Below are positions 46,210 through 59,286 of a DNA stretch of 64,000 bases, piece after piece. The stretch spans positions 1 to 64,000 of the forward strand of contig QCUR01000003.1 of the NCBI GenBank assembly GCA_003208875.1, written 5' to 3'. The position numbers were made by a program, and so were the translations under genes. Position 1 is the first letter of the stretch; every line of letters starts with the position of its first letter. This stretch comes from Prochlorococcus sp. AG-679-M23. GTDB lineage: Bacteria > Cyanobacteriota > Cyanobacteriia > PCC-6307 > Cyanobiaceae. The notes beneath the pieces were generated by a model. That model saw only the letters and a program-made list of their open reading frames with translations. It was not told the origin of the DNA and searched no databases.

Positions 46210-48816
46210 ATGTCTGATATTGTTGATTCTGAGAATTCTGGTTTGAGTGAAAATAACGATCGAATCATTCAGACTGATTTAAGAAATGAGATGTCGCGCT
46301 CTTATCTAGAGTATGCGATGAGTGTTATCGTCGGACGTGCACTCCCTGATGCGAGAGATGGATTAAAGCCTGTTCATAGAAGGATCTTATATGCGATGTA
46401 TGAGCTTGGTTTAACAAGCGGTAGGCCATATAGAAAATGCGCGAGGGTAGTTGGAGAGGTTTTAGGAAAGTACCATCCTCATGGAGATACTGCTGTTTAC
46501 GATGCATTAGTACGCATGGCACAGGATTTCTCTATGAGAATGCCATTAATTGATGGACATGGGAACTTCGGGTCCGTAGATAATGACCCCCCTGCCGCGA
46601 TGAGATATACAGAATCACGTCTTCAATCCCTAACAGATGAAAGTTTGCTCGAGGATATTGAATCTGAGACTGTGGATTTTTCCGATAATTTTGATGGCTC
46701 ACAACAAGAACCAAATGTTTTACCAGCTAGGATCCCCCAACTCCTATTAAATGGATCATCAGGCATTGCTGTTGGAATGGCAACTAATATACCTCCGCAT
46801 AATTTAGGAGAATTAATCGATGGTCTTAAAGCTATAATCAAAAATCCCTCAACAGAAGATAAAGAACTTTTTGAATTAATTAAAGGACCAGATTTTCCAA
46901 CTGGGGGACAGATATTAGGAAGAGATGGTATAAGAGAGACCTTCAAATCTGGGAAAGGGTCAATAACGATGAGAGGTGTTGCAGATATTGAACAAATCAA
47001 ATCTCCTGGAAGAGCAGAAAAAGATGCCGTAATAATTACTGAGCTTCCATTTCAAACTAATAAAGCAGCTCTTATAGAAAGAATCGCAGATCTAGTAAAT
47101 GAGAAAAGATTAGATGGAATATCAGATATTAGAGATGAAAGTGATAGAGATGGGATGAGAATTGTAATTGAGCTTAAAAGAGATGCCTATCCTCAAGTTG
47201 TTCTAAATAATTTATTTAAAATAACACCTCTACAAAATAACTTTAGTGCAAATATTTTAGCTCTTGTCAAAGGAGAACCTACAACCCTTTCTCTCAGAAA
47301 AATGCTAGATGTATTTTTAGAATTTAGAATTGAAACAATAAAAAGAAGAACAAGTTTCTTATTGAAAAAAGCAGAGGAAAGAGATCACATTATCAAAGGT
47401 CTTCTTTTAGCCCTTAACGCTATGGATAATATTATAAATTTAATAAGATCTGCAAAAGATACGAATTCAGCGAGAGAACAACTGCAAAATAATCATGAAT
47501 TATCTGTAATTCAAGCAGATGCAATTTTACAAATGCAATTAAGAAGATTAACAGCTTTAGAGGCCGATAAAATTAAAGCAGAGCATGATGAGCTTACAAG
47601 GAAAATTACAGATTATAAAAATATATTGAATGATAAGGAGAGAATAAATGAAATTATTCTTGAAGAGCTTAGTAAAATAAATGAAAGGTTTTCATCACCC
47701 AGAAAAACAGAGATTCTCAATTTAGGCGGGGGACTTGATGATATTGACTTAATAGCTAACGAAAGATCCGTTGTTTTATTAACGACAGCAGGATACTTAA
47801 AAAGAATGCCTGTAAATGAATTCGAATCTACAAGCAGGGGGTCTAGAGGTAAAGCTGGAACAAAGAATCAACAAGATGATGAAGTAAAACTATTCATAAG
47901 CTGCAATGATCATGATACTCTTTTACTTTTCAGTAATAGAGGGGTAGCTTATGCACTCCCAGCTTATCGAGTACCTATGAGCAGTAGAACAGCTAAAGGG
48001 ACTCCCTCTGTTCAACTACTCCCAATACCAAGAGAAGAACAAATTACTTCTCTTGTTTCAGTAGATTCCTTCGATAACGAGTGTTATTTATTAATGCTCA
48101 CCAAAGCTGGATTTATAAAAAGGACTCCATTATCCGCTTTTTCAAAAGTAAGATCAAATGGTCTAATAGCTATTAACCTAGAAGAAGGAGATGCTTTAAC
48201 CTGGGTTAGATTATCAACAGAGGGAGATAGTGTCTTAATTGGGTCGAGCAGAGGAATGACTATTCATTTTAGGTTAGATATTAATGAATTAAGGCCTCTT
48301 GGAAGAACTGCTAGAGGTGTTAAATCAATGAACTTAAAAGAAGGAGATGAACTTGTATCAATGGATGTTCTTAGTTGTGTCATGGTTGATCAATTAGCAA
48401 ATCTTGAAGAGGAAGATATTGAAAATGAGAATGAGGAAGATCTTGAAAGTAAGTCTTTAAAAGGACCTTGGGTTCTAGTAGCCAGTGCTTTTGGTCTTGG
48501 AAAAAGAGTTCCAGTTACAAAATTTAGATTACAAAAACGTGCGGGTATGGGACTAAGAGCAATTAAATTCAGAATCAAAGATGATTCACTCGTCGGCCTT
48601 AAGGTTCTTGGAGAAGGTGAAGAATTACTTTTGGTTACAGAAAGAGGCGTAATTGTAAGAACTAATGCCGATAAAATCTCTCAACAATCCAGAGCTGCTA
48701 CAGGTGTAAAGTTACAACGACTAGATGATGGAGATCATTTATCAGAGGTTGTGTTGGTTCCTCATGAACAAATTGAAGAAGAAGATCAATTAATTTCGAA
48801 TGAAGAAGAAACTTAA
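46210..48816 (+). CDS. gyrA: DNA gyrase subunit A
   Basis: [27 protein letters not shown]-terminal pinwheel repeats. Confidence 0.96.
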   Translation: MSDIVDSENSGLSENNDRIIQTDLRNEMSRSYLEYAMSVIVGRALPDARDGLKPVHRRILYAMYELGLTSGRPYRKCARVVGEVLGKYHPHGDTAVYDALVRMAQDFSMRMPLIDGHGNFGSVDNDPPAAMRYTESRLQSLTDESLLEDIESETVDFSDNFDGSQQEPNVLPARIPQLLLNGSSGIAVGMATNIPPHNLGELIDGLKAIIKNPSTEDKELFELIKGPDFPTGGQILGRDGIRETFKSGKGSITMRGVADIEQIKSPGRAEKDAVIITELPFQTNKAALIERIADLVNEKRLDGISDIRDESDRDGMRIVIELKRDAYPQVVLNNLFKITPLQNNFSANILALVKGEPTTLSLRKMLDVFLEFRIETIKRRTSFLLKKAEERDHIIKGLLLALNAMDNIINLIRSAKDTNSAREQLQNNHELSVIQADAILQMQLRRLTALEADKIKAEHDELTRKITDYKNILNDKERINEIILEELSKINERFSSPRKTEILNLGGGLDDIDLIANERSVVLLTTAGYLKRMPVNEFESTSRGSRGKAGTKNQQDDEVKLFISCNDHDTLLLFSNRGVAYALPAYRVPMSSRTAKGTPSVQLLPIPREEQITSLVSVDSFDNECYLLMLTKAGFIKRTPLSAFSKVRSNGLIAINLEEGDALTWVRLSTEGDSVLIGSSRGMTIHFRLDINELRPLGRTARGVKSMNLKEGDELVSMDVLSCVMVDQLANLEEEDIENENEEDLESKSLKGPWVLVASAFGLGKRVPVTKFRLQKRAGMGLRAIKFRIKDDSLVGLKVLGEGEELLLVTERGVIVRTNADKISQQSRAATGVKLQRLDDGDHLSEVVLVPHEQIEEEDQLISNEEET

Positions 48817-48840
48817 CAACCTTTAGATTAGAAAGTTCTT

Positions 48841-50052
48841 ATGGAAATTCTTGATATTTTGATATTAGGTTCTGGTCCTGCAGCATTATGTTTAGCTTCA
48901 GAATTAGCCAAACAAAATCTTAATATTAAGGGGATATCAACAAAATCTCCTTATGAAAAATGGGAAAACACATATGGGATTTGGGCTTCTGAGTTAGAAG
49001 AATTTGGTTTAGCGTCTTTGTTATCTCATAGATGGTCAAAAACTATAAGCTATTTTGGAGATGGAATAAAGGACAAAGGTAATAGTCCCACAAAACATTA
49101 TTATGATTATGGTTTAATTAATCAGGAAGCTTTTCAAAATGAACTTTTGAAGACCTGTAAAGGTATTCAGTGGTTAAATGAAACTGCAAAATTAATTAAA
49201 TCAGAAAACAAGATTTCTGAAGTGATATGTTCATCAGGGTTAAAACTAAAGGCAAGATTAGTAATTGATGCAAGCGGACATAAGAGTAAATTTATAAAAA
49301 GACCATTTTTAAAAGAAGTCGCACAGCAAGCTGCTTATGGAATCGTCGGTAAATTTTCTACTCCTCCTGTAGAAAAAGATCAATTTGTTTTAATGGATTT
49401 TCGTTCTGACCATTTAAAGGATGAAGAGTTGTTAGAATCTCCGTCTTTTCTTTACGCAATGGATTTAGGGAGTGAAACTTATTTTGTTGAAGAGACATCA
49501 CTAGCTAGTTATCCATCTTTTTCACAAGATCATCTAAAAAAAAGACTTTTAAGTAGATTAAAAAACAAAGGTATAAAAGTAGTGGAAATTTTTCATGAGG
49601 AGAATTGCTTATTCCCTATGAATTTACCACTACCATATAAGAACCAATCAGTTCTTGGTTTTGGAGGGGCCGCAAGTATGGTTCATCCCGCATCTGGATA
49701 TATGATTGGATCTCTAATAAGAAGAGCTCCACTTCTCGCTAAAAAATTAGCAATCTTTTTGAAAGAACCAAACTTTAGTTCACTAGAATTAGCCACTAAA
49801 GGATGGTCAGTCTTGTGGCCATATGAATTAATTCAAAGACATAGGCTCTATCAATACGGACTCAGAAGATTAATGAGCTTTGATGAAAGTAGATTAAGAT
49901 GTTTCTTTTCTAATTTTTTCAAATTGTCAACGGAAGAATGGGTAGGTTTTCTAACCAATACTCTTCCATTACCTAAATTGATTTATGTAATGAGTAAAAT
50001 GTTTATAAATTCACCTTTAAAAGTTAAGCTTGGGATGTTAAAGATAAAATGA
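48841..50052 (+). CDS. crtL: lycopene cyclase (CrtL type, probably beta)
   Basis: GSGPAA FAD motif, FLYAM, EETSL, VHPASGY. Confidence 0.9.
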   Translation: MEILDILILGSGPAALCLASELAKQNLNIKGISTKSPYEKWENTYGIWASELEEFGLASLLSHRWSKTISYFGDGIKDKGNSPTKHYYDYGLINQEAFQNELLKTCKGIQWLNETAKLIKSENKISEVICSSGLKLKARLVIDASGHKSKFIKRPFLKEVAQQAAYGIVGKFSTPPVEKDQFVLMDFRSDHLKDEELLESPSFLYAMDLGSETYFVEETSLASYPSFSQDHLKKRLLSRLKNKGIKVVEIFHEENCLFPMNLPLPYKNQSVLGFGGAASMVHPASGYMIGSLIRRAPLLAKKLAIFLKEPNFSSLELATKGWSVLWPYELIQRHRLYQYGLRRLMSFDESRLRCFFSNFFKLSTEEWVGFLTNTLPLPKLIYVMSKMFINSPLKVKLGMLKIK

Positions 50053-50057
50053 GATTC

Positions 50058-51641
50058 TTATAATTGCCAGTCTTGAATTCTTATATTAGGGAATATTTTA
50101 TCTTCCTCTTCAATATTTTTGAGAAATTTATAATCAATAAATGATTTTTTTTCTAACATCTCAATTAATTTCCAGAATCTAAAAAGATGTCTATCAATCC
50201 TTTCTTTAGCGAGTTCAGTTGTAGTTCCCGCCTTTAAAATGAAGCTCCAATCAGAGGATTCAGAAAGAAGTAACTCTCTTGCTGCTTGCTTTAACAATCT
50301 TATAGAGAAATCATCATTAAAGTTCATACTGGATAATTCAACAAAAACAGCACCCGCTTTTGTGATTTCTGGAACTATCCATGCGTTTTTTTCATTAAGC
50401 CAGTAATTATGAAATCCGCCCTGACCCCAGCTTGAAGGAGATGGATCACAAATTTGAAGGTTAGGATTTTGAAGAAGAATTTCCCTTAGGTTTGTAAGTT
50501 TAATGAAATATTTTGTAGATTTTTTAAGTATATTTTCAATAAATCTTGGTCCTTCATACCACCAATGTCCAAATAGTTCAGCATCAAATGGAGCAATTAA
50601 CAAAGGTTCGAATGATGCGGATAAAGAAAGTTTCTTTAATTGTTTAGATCTTGATAAAAGATAATTGTCAGCGTGTTCTTCAACTTTTTTTATAGCTTCA
50701 TCTTCTACATAAAATTCTTTTTTGCCTAATGAACAATTATTGTTTGTAATTCTATGAAATTTCAATCCTAAAGGCCTGCTTGTTGGAATTCCTTTTTTTT
50801 GTAGTTCTGTGGGAGACAATTCCCACCCTAAGTCTTTATGAAATTCTCTATAAACTGGATTCCCTGGGTATCCTTCTCTTGAGGACCAAACTGGCAATGT
50901 TGATTCACTATCTCTCCCAAAAAAAGCTACCCCTTTTTTTGAACAAATAGGTGCATATACTCCATACCTTGGCCTTGGTGATCCATTTAAAATCCCATGA
51001 CCGTCTAGAACTGCATATCTAATTCCGCAATTAAGCAATATTTCATCAAGATTTTCATAATAAGCGCACTCAGGTAACCAAATCCCTAATGGTCTTGTTC
51101 CAAAAATAACTTCATGACTTCTTATTGCAGTATTTATTTGACCTAACACTGTTTCAGGGTTTTCTCTAAGGATTGGTAAATATCCATGTGTTGCCGCACA
51201 AGTAAGAATATCTAAATTTCCACTCAAATTTAAATTTTTAAATCTCTCAATTAAATCTCCAGAATATTTTTCCCAATATAAATAATTATTTTTTATATTT
51301 CTCAGAAGAAATTCAGATGCAGTTTGTTCTTTTTTAGGTAAATCATTCAAAAATTCTATTCTTGTTTTTATCCAAGATGAGTATTTCTTTTGAATTTGTT
51401 TATTTTGAAGAAGTGACAATAATGTTGGAGATAAACTGAGGGTTAATTTTGTATTGCTTGTATCTTGCTTTTTGCTTGATTCCATTACTTGAAGTAATGG
51501 AATATAACATTCGAGGATTGCTTGGAATAACCAATCCTCTTCTAAAGAATTTTTTTCATTTTTTCTAACAAATGGGAGATGAGCATGTAGAACTATTGCC
51601 AATCTGCCTAAGTAATTTTTATTAGGGAGAGGCCCATTCAT
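50058..51641 (-). CDS. GH57 family protein (branching-enzyme type, DUF1957)
   Basis: HAHLPFV, GIWLPECAY, DAELFGHWWYEG, SSDWSF. Confidence 0.92.
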   Translation of the reverse strand: MNGPLPNKNYLGRLAIVLHAHLPFVRKNEKNSLEEDWLFQAILECYIPLLQVMESSKKQDTSNTKLTLSLSPTLLSLLQNKQIQKKYSSWIKTRIEFLNDLPKKEQTASEFLLRNIKNNYLYWEKYSGDLIERFKNLNLSGNLDILTCAATHGYLPILRENPETVLGQINTAIRSHEVIFGTRPLGIWLPECAYYENLDEILLNCGIRYAVLDGHGILNGSPRPRYGVYAPICSKKGVAFFGRDSESTLPVWSSREGYPGNPVYREFHKDLGWELSPTELQKKGIPTSRPLGLKFHRITNNNCSLGKKEFYVEDEAIKKVEEHADNYLLSRSKQLKKLSLSASFEPLLIAPFDAELFGHWWYEGPRFIENILKKSTKYFIKLTNLREILLQNPNLQICDPSPSSWGQGGFHNYWLNEKNAWIVPEITKAGAVFVELSSMNFNDDFSIRLLKQAARELLLSESSDWSFILKAGTTTELAKERIDRHLFRFWKLIEMLEKKSFIDYKFLKNIEEEDKIFPNIRIQDWQL

Positions 51642-51877
51642 AGTTTTTTTTAAGATTATGATTGAAGTTCGTTATAAAATGTAAAATTTACTTTTAGGCA
51701 AATATTCAATTGTTTAATTTTTTAAAATACTACTTTATTAATCAAATATAAAAACTTTTTATTTATAATACTTTAACCAAAAATAATAAGGTTTTAATTC
51801 CTATAGAAGGGTTTATTTATCCGTATCTAGTAATTTTTTTTTAATTAGCTTACTATAGAATTAGTCGTAATAAATTA

Positions 51878-53518
51878 ATGTCCAAAGATCCTGGCAGAAT
51901 ATTGATCTTTGATACAACACTGAGAGATGGTGAGCAATCCCCTGGTGCAAGTTTAAATCTTGAGGAAAAGCTTGCAATTGCCCATCAACTTGCGAGATTA
52001 GGGGTAGATGTTATTGAAGCAGGATTTCCATTTGCTAGTCCTGGAGATTTTAAGGCAGTAAATAAAATTGCTGAAGTAGTTGGTGGAGAAAATGGTCCAA
52101 TAATTTGTGGTTTAGCTAGGGCTTCTACAAATGATATAAAAGCTTGTTATGAAGCTATAAGCCCAGCCCCTAAAAAAAGAATTCATACATTTATAGCCAC
52201 TAGTGATATCCACCTAAAACATAAACTCAGAAAAACAAGATCAGATGTTCTTTGTATAGTGCCTGAAATGGTTAGTTATGCTAAATCATTAGTTGATGAT
52301 ATTGAATTCTCTTGTGAAGATGCCTCAAGGAGTGATCCTGAATTTCTTTATGAAGTAATTCAACTAGCGATTGCATCAGGAGCTACAACTATAAATATTC
52401 CAGATACAGTGGGTTTCACAACTCCAAGTGAATTTGGGAAGCTTATTTTTGATATTAATAAAAATGTTCCAAATATTGATGAAGCTATTATTTCTGTTCA
52501 TGGTCATAATGATTTAGGATTGGCAGTTGCTAATTTTCTAGAAGCAGCAAAAAACGGAGCGAGGCAATTAGAGTGCACAATAAATGGGATAGGTGAAAGA
52601 GCAGGGAATGCCTCCCTAGAAGAATTAGTAATGGCATTACACGTGAGGAAAAGTTTTTTTAATAGTTTCTTTGGAAGAAGTTCAGATTCACCGACTCCAT
52701 TAACAGCCATAAGAACAGAAGAAATCACAAAAACTTCGAGATTAGTATCTAACTTAACTGGAATGAATGTTCAGCCTAATAAGGCAATTGTTGGGGCAAA
52801 TGCTTTTGCTCATGAGTCGGGAATCCATCAGGATGGTGTACTAAAAAATAGACTCACATATGAAATTATTGATGCAAAAACTGTTGGTTTGAATGATAAT
52901 AAAATTTCATTAGGAAAACTTAGTGGAAGAAGTGCCGTAAGAGCAAGATTGGAAGAGATGGGATACGATTTAAGTAGAGAAGACCTGAATGATGCTTTTG
53001 CTCGTTTCAAAGATCTCGCTGATAGAAAACGAGAAATTACTGATAGAGATTTAGAAGCTATTGTTAGTGAACAGGTTCAACTTCCGGAATCTAAATTTCA
53101 ACTAAGTCATGTTCAAGTTAGTTGCGGCAGTACATCCAAGCCTACCGCGACAGTAACTCTCATAAATACAGAAGATCATACTGAAGATACTGCTGTCGCA
53201 ATAGGCACTGGACCTGTAGATGCGGTTTGCGAAGCACTAAATGCATTAACTAAAGTTCCCAATGAATTAATAGAGTTTTCAGTAAAATCTGTAACGGAAG
53301 GAATAGATGCATTAGGGGAAGTTACTATAAGAATTCGGAACAAGAATAAAATATATTCAGGACATTCTGCTGATACAGACGTAGTTGTTGCTGCTGCGAA
53401 TGCTTTTGTAAATGCTTTAAACAGGCTTGTATTTTCAGAGAAGAAAAACTCTATTCACCCTCAATTTGATAATTTAGAAAATCCTAAAAATAAGATATTT
53501 TCAAATCCTAAAAAATAA
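51878..53518 (+). CDS. leuA: 2-isopropylmalate synthase
   Basis: [31 protein letters not shown]. Confidence 0.97.
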   Translation: MSKDPGRILIFDTTLRDGEQSPGASLNLEEKLAIAHQLARLGVDVIEAGFPFASPGDFKAVNKIAEVVGGENGPIICGLARASTNDIKACYEAISPAPKKRIHTFIATSDIHLKHKLRKTRSDVLCIVPEMVSYAKSLVDDIEFSCEDASRSDPEFLYEVIQLAIASGATTINIPDTVGFTTPSEFGKLIFDINKNVPNIDEAIISVHGHNDLGLAVANFLEAAKNGARQLECTINGIGERAGNASLEELVMALHVRKSFFNSFFGRSSDSPTPLTAIRTEEITKTSRLVSNLTGMNVQPNKAIVGANAFAHESGIHQDGVLKNRLTYEIIDAKTVGLNDNKISLGKLSGRSAVRARLEEMGYDLSREDLNDAFARFKDLADRKREITDRDLEAIVSEQVQLPESKFQLSHVQVSCGSTSKPTATVTLINTEDHTEDTAVAIGTGPVDAVCEALNALTKVPNELIEFSVKSVTEGIDALGEVTIRIRNKNKIYSGHSADTDVVVAAANAFVNALNRLVFSEKKNSIHPQFDNLENPKNKIFSNPKK

Positions 53519-53609
53519 TTTAGTTTTGGGATTATTAAGTTTAGCCAAAAACTAGTAGCCTAATAATGTAGATTAAAGCTTTAATTTTATATTTAATCAA
53601 CTAAAGTTA

Positions 53610-54002
53610 ATGAGAGATAGGGTATTAGGTTATTGGACTCTTGCATGGGTTGGTTTAATAGGTAATATCATTGCTTTACCCATAATCGCCTTAATAGTAA
53701 GTTATGGGCCTCCATTAAAAGTGGCTAATATTACTCTAGCTGTAAGTATTGGTTGGCCTGCTGCAATAGTTGGAATAGTATCTGCTTCTGCTCTTTTAGC
53801 GGAGAAGAAATGGGGTATTACCTTAACTCTAGTATCTCTCTCAATGTTAATTTCTGGAACAGCTCCATATTCTATTTTTCGATTAGTCGCCCTTAAAGAT
53901 ATTTTTGGAATTGGAGGTATTACACTTTTGTCCGCTTTATTTGGAATTTTAGCTTTAATATATTGGTGTAATCCGAGACATCGAAGAAATATTAGATTAT
54001 AA
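53610..54002 (+). CDS. conserved membrane protein (4 TM)
   Basis: 130-aa hydrophobic ORF. Confidence 0.75.
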   Translation: MRDRVLGYWTLAWVGLIGNIIALPIIALIVSYGPPLKVANITLAVSIGWPAAIVGIVSASALLAEKKWGITLTLVSLSMLISGTAPYSIFRLVALKDIFGIGGITLLSALFGILALIYWCNPRHRRNIRL

Positions 54003-54013
54003 AAAATATTAAG

Positions 54014-55486
54014 TTAAGAAAAAGTGTTATTTGTTTTTGTTGGATATTGAATTCGTCTATGTCTAATTCTTTTCCAAACATTTAAAAAAGATTTTTTTAT
54101 TAGAAAAATTTCTCCCTTGGAAAGATTACTATCATTTAACTGGCCATCAGCTTCTCTTGAATTAATTATTTTAGATATTGTTACTAATGCTTCATAGTCA
54201 GAAGCATTAATATCCATTGCTCTTAATGCAGCCTCACATCCATCGGCAAGCATCAAGATAGCCGTTTCTTTAGATTGAGGGATAGGTCCTTTATATCTAA
54301 AATCGCTTTCATTAAAATCTAATTTTTTCTCTTCAGCTTTATTTAGAAAATATCCCATTTTTAGAGTCCCTTGATGTTCTGGTATGAAATTAGCTATTGG
54401 TTTTGGTAATCTATTTTTTCTTGCAAATTTAAGACCTTCGTCTACGTGGGCTTGTAAAACCTCTGCGCTTTTTAAAGGATCATCTATTTCATCATGTGGA
54501 TTTATCGCACCATCTTGATTCTCAATGAACCAATTTGGAGCATGTAATTTACCAACATCATGATAAAGAGAACCTGTTTTAATAAGATCAATATCTCCTC
54601 CTATCATTCTTGTCGCCTCTTCAGCAAGTCCACATATTAATAAAGTATGTTCGAAAGTCCCTGGAGCTTCAATAGAAAGTCTTCTAATAAGAGGTTTTTC
54701 TTTATCGGCCAATTCTAACAATCTTGCCTTTGTTAATAATCCAAATATTGACTCAAAAATGGGAATAAATAATATTGTTATGAGCATTATTATTGCTAAT
54801 AGCAGAGAATCAGAAAATATTTTGCCATTTATATTGAAAAATTCTTGGTTATCCAATAATAAATATTCCTCATTGCCAATTAGTAACCATTGAGAAAACA
54901 TTGCCCCAATGGGAACAAATATTGAAAGTTGAAGTAACTGAGCTCTACTTCTTATTCTTCCGCCAAGAACTGAAACGACACATGCGCAAATCAAGGTTAT
55001 AAGTAGCAGATTACTATTAATATTTGTCAGAGAATCTGGCCAACTTAGACTTGCTACTGAGACCCAAGCTAAAGCAGTTATGGTTCCCATACCTTGAGAA
55101 ATAATTAAAGCAGGAGGTATGATGATTGATAAAGGACTTAATCCTGATCCAAAGATATTTTTTATCATTTGAACCACTAATAGTAGTGAAATAATTAAGA
55201 GGATTTGTCTTGAATTAATATTTGGATTTTCTTTTCTAGAAACTAGTATTAAAAATCCGCAAGTAAATAAGACTTCAGTAAAAGTAATGCCCCAAGATAA
55301 AAAATCTGAGCCTTCTAGAGTTTGAAGAAGAAGAATTTCGTAGGAGGATACTATCGAGATAACAATACATATTAGGAAGATAATTAATTTATCTATTGTT
55401 GAAATTTGAATAGGGTTCTGTGAAGGTAATTGACTTCTTTTCCATAAATTATTTAATTTTTTTATAATTCTTGTTGTATTTTGCAC
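54014..55486 (-). CDS. 7TM-HD family phosphohydrolase (PgpH-like)
   Basis: Multi-TM region plus EAPGTFEH, YHDVGK, HQGT, LADGCEAA. Confidence 0.88.
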   Translation of the reverse strand: MQNTTRIIKKLNNLWKRSQLPSQNPIQISTIDKLIIFLICIVISIVSSYEILLLQTLEGSDFLSWGITFTEVLFTCGFLILVSRKENPNINSRQILLIISLLLVVQMIKNIFGSGLSPLSIIIPPALIISQGMGTITALAWVSVASLSWPDSLTNINSNLLLITLICACVVSVLGGRIRSRAQLLQLSIFVPIGAMFSQWLLIGNEEYLLLDNQEFFNINGKIFSDSLLLAIIMLITILFIPIFESIFGLLTKARLLELADKEKPLIRRLSIEAPGTFEHTLLICGLAEEATRMIGGDIDLIKTGSLYHDVGKLHAPNWFIENQDGAINPHDEIDDPLKSAEVLQAHVDEGLKFARKNRLPKPIANFIPEHQGTLKMGYFLNKAEEKKLDFNESDFRYKGPIPQSKETAILMLADGCEAALRAMDINASDYEALVTISKIINSREADGQLNDSNLSKGEIFLIKKSFLNVWKRIRHRRIQYPTKTNNTFS

Positions 55487-55560
55487 AGAATAGAATTAAA
55501 TCTAATTGATTAATTTTGAATTATAGGCATGCTAGGAGTAAAAAGGAGAAGTTTTTCTAA

Positions 55561-56457
55561 ATGTCATTAAAACTAGATGGTAAAAAATTATCCTTAGAAA
55601 TAGAAGAAAGATTAAGAAATTATATTCTTACTAATAAAACAATTGCGAAAAGAAATCCTGGTTTAGCTGTAATAAGAATTGGCGAAGATCCCGCAAGCGG
55701 AGTTTATGTAGGGAACAAAGAAAAAGCTTGTTCAAGAGTTGGAATAAAGAGTTATATTTTTCATCTAAAAGATACAGTAGAGCAAAAAGAAGTTGAACAA
55801 TTATTAAATAAATTAAATCTTGATAACAATATTGATGGAATGTTATTACAACTACCCATATCAAATAAATTTGACGAACAAAGATTGATAAGTTTCATTA
55901 ATCCAGAAAAAGATGTAGATGGATTAAATGAGCAAAATATTGGGAAGTTAGTAAAAAATGAACAAGCAATGAGATCTTGCACACCAGCTGGGATCGTAAA
56001 TTTACTAAAATCCCAAAATATTAAAATTGAAGGAAAAAAAATTGTTGTTATTGGAAGAAGTTTGTTGGTTGGAAAACCCCTATCTCTTATGTTGTTGAAT
56101 CTTAATGCTACCGTGACAATAACTCATTCAAAAACTATAAATTTAAAGAATATTTGCAAGGAAGCAGATATATTAATCGCTGCTGCAGGAAAACCTAACC
56201 TCATAGACTCAAGTTTCGTTAAAGATGGTGCTGTAATTATTGATGTTGGAATACATAGATTAACAAGTACCGACAAAAGCAAAACTAGATTATGTGGAGA
56301 TGTATTATTAGAAGATGTCATTCCCAAAGTATTTGCATACACCCCCGTCCCTGGAGGTGTTGGACCAATGACAGTAACAATGTTACTAGTAAATACTATT
56401 TTCAGCTGGCAAAAACAATTTGGTTTATCATCAACTCTTAATGACCTGCTGCCATAA
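55561..56457 (+). CDS. folD: methylene-THF dehydrogenase/cyclohydrolase
   Basis: [30 protein letters not shown]. Confidence 0.97.
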   Translation: MSLKLDGKKLSLEIEERLRNYILTNKTIAKRNPGLAVIRIGEDPASGVYVGNKEKACSRVGIKSYIFHLKDTVEQKEVEQLLNKLNLDNNIDGMLLQLPISNKFDEQRLISFINPEKDVDGLNEQNIGKLVKNEQAMRSCTPAGIVNLLKSQNIKIEGKKIVVIGRSLLVGKPLSLMLLNLNATVTITHSKTINLKNICKEADILIAAAGKPNLIDSSFVKDGAVIIDVGIHRLTSTDKSKTRLCGDVLLEDVIPKVFAYTPVPGGVGPMTVTMLLVNTIFSWQKQFGLSSTLNDLLP

Positions 56458-56494
56458 AGCTAACGATGCAGAAAAACATTACTCAACGTAAAAA

Positions 56495-57397
56495 ATGACA
56501 GAAGTTATAGATAATATTCCAGATTTTGAAAAATATCTAACAGACACAAAAAAAGTCGTCGAAGAAGCTCTTGATTTCTCATTAGGCCCCGAGAACCCAG
56601 AAATCCTTAGAGAGTCAATGAGATATTCTCTCCTGGCTGGAGGGAAAAGGATACGTCCAATTTTATGTCTAGCTTCTTGTTCACTAGCAGGAGGAGAGCC
56701 CTCTCTAGCTGTTCCTACAGCAGTTGCCATCGAAATGATTCACACCATGTCATTGATTCATGATGATTTACCTGCGATGGACAATGACGACTTAAGGAGA
56801 GGAAGACCTACTAACCATAAAGTCTATGGCGATGCAATAGCTATTCTAGCTGGTGATGCATTACTAACTAGAGCATTTGAAATGGTCTCACTAAGAAGCC
56901 CTGGCGTTAATCCAAATAGATTATTAAATGTAGTTGGAGAACTTTCCCGTGTAGCAGGAGCACCAGGACTTGTTGGGGGGCAAGTTGTTGATTTGGAATG
57001 TGAAGGGAAAGAAGTTGACCTCGAAACCCTTGAGTATATTCATCTTCATAAGACCGGTGCATTATTAAAAGCTTGTGTAAGAACTGGTGCAATGATTGCC
57101 GGAGCTAATGAAGAATTATTAAAGGCCCTAACTACATATGCAGAGGGAATTGGTTTAGCATTCCAAATAATCGATGACATCCTTGATTTAACATCAAGCA
57201 GTGAGAAGCTTGGTAAAACAGCAGGCAAAGATCTTTTGGCAGATAAAACTACGTATCCAAAATTACTTGGAATGGAAGAATCAAAGAAAAGAGCTTTTGA
57301 TTTAGTGGACCAAGCCAAGAAAGCAATTGAGCCTTGGGGCTTAAATGCAAAATATTTAATCTCCCTAGCCGATTTCATTACTAATAGAGATAGGTAA
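56495..57397 (+). CDS. crtE: geranylgeranyl diphosphate synthase
   Basis: GGKRIRP, DDLPAMD, FQIIDD. Confidence 0.95.
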   Translation: MTEVIDNIPDFEKYLTDTKKVVEEALDFSLGPENPEILRESMRYSLLAGGKRIRPILCLASCSLAGGEPSLAVPTAVAIEMIHTMSLIHDDLPAMDNDDLRRGRPTNHKVYGDAIAILAGDALLTRAFEMVSLRSPGVNPNRLLNVVGELSRVAGAPGLVGGQVVDLECEGKEVDLETLEYIHLHKTGALLKACVRTGAMIAGANEELLKALTTYAEGIGLAFQIIDDILDLTSSSEKLGKTAGKDLLADKTTYPKLLGMEESKKRAFDLVDQAKKAIEPWGLNAKYLISLADFITNRDR

Positions 57398-57411
57398 AGA
57401 GTATTTAACTT

Positions 57412-57891
57412 ATGTCAGAATTTTCAGCTCTCTTCGATAATTCAGTTCTTTTCTGGGGTTTATTATCCTGTTTAATAGCTCAATTTTTAAAAATTTTATT
57501 TAATTTCTTTTCAACAGGAAAGATCAGATTTGGAATTATGTTTGAAACAGGAGGCATGCCCTCAAGTCATTCTGCTTTGATAACCGGTACTACTTCAGGA
57601 ATAGGTTTTCAATTAGGCTTTGATAACGCACTATTTGCATTAGCAGTTGCACTTTCACTAATTGTTATGTACGACGCCAGCGGTGTTAGAAAATCAGCTG
57701 GAATTCAGGCTGCAGAAATTAACAACCTATCAAGAAAATTAGATCCTAAGTCCCAAGTAGCTTTAAAAGAGACTCTTGGTCATACAAAATTTGAGGTTAT
57801 TGTAGGAAGTCTTTTAGGCCCATTAATTACATTACCAGGAATTGTTTTTATAGGTTCTCCTCTCAACATCTTTAATTTGATAATAAATTAA
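57412..57891 (+). CDS. divergent PAP2 family (DUF212)
   Basis: GGMPSSHSA, VMYDASGVR, LGHT. Confidence 0.92.
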   Translation: MSEFSALFDNSVLFWGLLSCLIAQFLKILFNFFSTGKIRFGIMFETGGMPSSHSALITGTTSGIGFQLGFDNALFALAVALSLIVMYDASGVRKSAGIQAAEINNLSRKLDPKSQVALKETLGHTKFEVIVGSLLGPLITLPGIVFIGSPLNIFNLIIN

Positions 57892-59282
57892 TAATCTTGA
57901 GAATAATTAAATTGTGTAGCATCTACGAAGTTTTTTGCAGCTTCAGGGCTGCTTGGCAAATGTAAATGAATCCAACTTGCATGTAATTTTTTATCTGACC
58001 AACCTTCATTTTTAAATTTAGTCTCCCACGATTTAATTTCCCATGGAGAAGATAATTCGCTCTGATACCCAGTTTTTTTTAAATCAAAGTCTGAGGAAGA
58101 ACTTTCAACTTCCCAATAATGAAATTCATGACCTCTCATTGATTGATTTTGTTTAATTATTGGAGTATCTTTTAAACCCTTTATATATCTATAACCTACA
58201 GACAAATTACTTTTTTTTGATTTAAAAGGTAATATTCCGCTCATTTTATGATTATTACCATTTTCATCTTTTATTAAGTCACCTAAGATCATCATCCCAC
58301 CACACTCTGCATAAATAAATCCTTTTTTACGGAATTCCCTTAATGACTTTAAGCTTTTATTTGAATCACTTATATGGTTAGCATATTTCTCAGGAAAGCC
58401 TCCTGGAATAATTAAAGATGAAGCCTCGTTTGGAATTTCTTCATTATTAAAGATACTCCATGAAATTAGTGGAATCCCTATTTCATCAAGAAACTCCTTG
58501 GTTTCAGGGTATTGAAAATGAAAAATTTTATCTTCTACAATTGCGATAGGTTTATTTTTATCTATTTTAAAATCTTTACCACAAGGGGTATTTAATATAT
58601 TTTTTTGGGGAGGAGATTTCAGGAATTTGATTAGAGAAACAACATCAAGATTTTTTTCAGCAAAACTTGCAAAATAATCAATATCAATTTTTTTGTCACT
58701 ATCAAATGGTGAAATTAAACCTAAATTAGCTTTATTAACAGTTATTTTGGAATCAGAAGGTAAAAACCCAAGGATTTCGATATCTTCATTTTTAAAAACT
58801 TCTCTAATTAATCTTTTATGTCTATCTGCATTGACGTTATTAAATATAATCCCTTTTATTGATAATTTATTATCAAAATCTCTAAAACCTCTAACTGTTG
58901 GGAGAAGAGAGGCTACTTGCCCTTTAGCATTAATAATAAAAATGATTGGAACATCAAGAAGTTTGGCAACATTTGCAGTACTTGAATAAGCTGTTGCACC
59001 TAATCCATCAAAAAGACCCATAGCTCCTTCAATTAATGAAAATTCATATTTCCAAGAATGCTTTAAAAAATTTTTTTGAACCCATTCTTCACCACTTAAA
59101 AAAATATCTAAATTCCGACAACTAGGTTGGCCAATAGAACTAAGTTGTTGCTGATCAAGATAATCTGGTCCGACCTTAAAAGTTTGAATTTTTATCCCTT
59201 TTGAAAAAGCCCAACAAGCAATCAAAAGAGATAAAGTAGTTTTCCCACTATCAGTTGAAGGAGAAGATATTACACAAGGCAT
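57888..59282 (-). CDS. cobB: cobyrinate a,c-diamide synthase
   Basis: SGKTT, KVGPDYLD, EGAMGLFDG, AECGG, GHEFHY. Confidence 0.93.
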   Translation of the reverse strand: MPCVISSPSTDSGKTTLSLLIACWAFSKGIKIQTFKVGPDYLDQQQLSSIGQPSCRNLDIFLSGEEWVQKNFLKHSWKYEFSLIEGAMGLFDGLGATAYSSTANVAKLLDVPIIFIINAKGQVASLLPTVRGFRDFDNKLSIKGIIFNNVNADRHKRLIREVFKNEDIEILGFLPSDSKITVNKANLGLISPFDSDKKIDIDYFASFAEKNLDVVSLIKFLKSPPQKNILNTPCGKDFKIDKNKPIAIVEDKIFHFQYPETKEFLDEIGIPLISWSIFNNEEIPNEASSLIIPGGFPEKYANHISDSNKSLKSLREFRKKGFIYAECGGMMILGDLIKDENGNNHKMSGILPFKSKKSNLSVGYRYIKGLKDTPIIKQNQSMRGHEFHYWEVESSSSDFDLKKTGYQSELSSPWEIKSWETKFKNEGWSDKKLHASWIHLHLPSSPEAAKNFVDATQFNYSQDY

Positions 59283-59286
59283 TTAA